A model generated the notes under the pieces. It did no database searches. It saw only the letters and a program-made list of their open reading frames with translations, and was not told the origin of the DNA. The position numbers and the translations under genes are program-made. Shown here in pieces: positions 63,465 to 64,000 of a stretch of DNA of 64,000 bases; the first letter of the stretch is position 1; each line of letters opens with the position of its first letter. The DNA is from Microbotryum violaceum (lineage: Eukaryota). The stretch lies in assembly GCA_001244265.2 (NCBI GenBank), contig CDLV01000007.1, positions 2,170,001 to 2,234,000 of the forward strand, read 5' to 3'.

Positions 63465-64000
63465 GGTCGTATTCGATCAGACTGAGCGCGTGAATCGAGA
63501 CGGGGTCCTGAGGTGAGGTGGGAAAGAGAGAGGGAAGAGAGCGAGACAGCAGACAACAGGGGAACAGAGAGGAGAGGGCGCGAGACGAGGCGAGGCAAGC
63601 GCGACGACGGCTGAAACCTCCAACAGAGGCCGAACAGCTAAGCCGCGATAACCCGTGTCGTATTTTTCTAACCTGGTGCGCCCGGTCAAGTCCCTCCGTA
63701 GCCCCTACAATAGGACGTGCGTGCTCTCGACGATCGCGTCAGTGCCCCCAGCTCGGCCTTGTCATCGGTTCCCATTTGCTTAGCCGAGAGTCCGACTACC
63801 CCCTGTCCGGCGGTCCTCGGCCCGAGTCACACGCCGATACGCATGCGCCGCGTCCACTAGCCCCCGTAGTACCCCTTGTTACCCCTTGTTGCCCCTTGGT
63901 AATGACACGATCCTGAGATTGAGGTGACGGTCCATCCATCCACTACGGGAAGCCTCGATGCAGAGGGATTGGCTTTCGCGACCTGGCAGCACGGACACGG

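Overview
Eukaryotic DNA: a gene-dense, intron-rich segment of a fungal genome, most likely a basidiomycete yeast (short GT-AG introns with CTRAC-type branch points; taxon is my inference). It holds about 17 apparently intact protein genes: a mitochondrial-presequence hypothetical, THOC1/HPR1, cystathionine gamma-lyase, an arrestin-fold protein, RTP1/TANGO6, a G-patch/C2H2 protein, nitronate monooxygenase, ATP2, NatB subunit MDM20/NAA25, 3-ketoacyl-CoA thiolase, LIS1/NudF, thymidylate kinase, OPA3, a WD40 inositol 5-phosphatase, an IAH1-like SGNH esterase, a GH5 EGCrP/sterylglucosidase and a Zn2Cys6 factor. There is also one orphan ORF, an intron-containing tRNA-Arg(UCU) and a BTB-domain pseudogene. 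A ~9 kb repeat island (48.7-57.7 kb) contains a 1.4 kb (AATGCAATGT)n satellite just upstream of the esterase, a near-full-length Tx1/L1-type LINE inserted into a small dispersed repeat (candidate 8-bp TSD), and a dead Ty1/copia fragment with its 3' LTR. The most unusual signals sit at the divergent LIS1/thymidylate kinase locus: (i) a 57-nt inverted copy of a LIS1 exon/intron junction in the shared promoter, and (ii) an in-frame ACG start that would add a mitochondrial presequence to thymidylate kinase. Exon boundaries were read by eye and no database searches were run.
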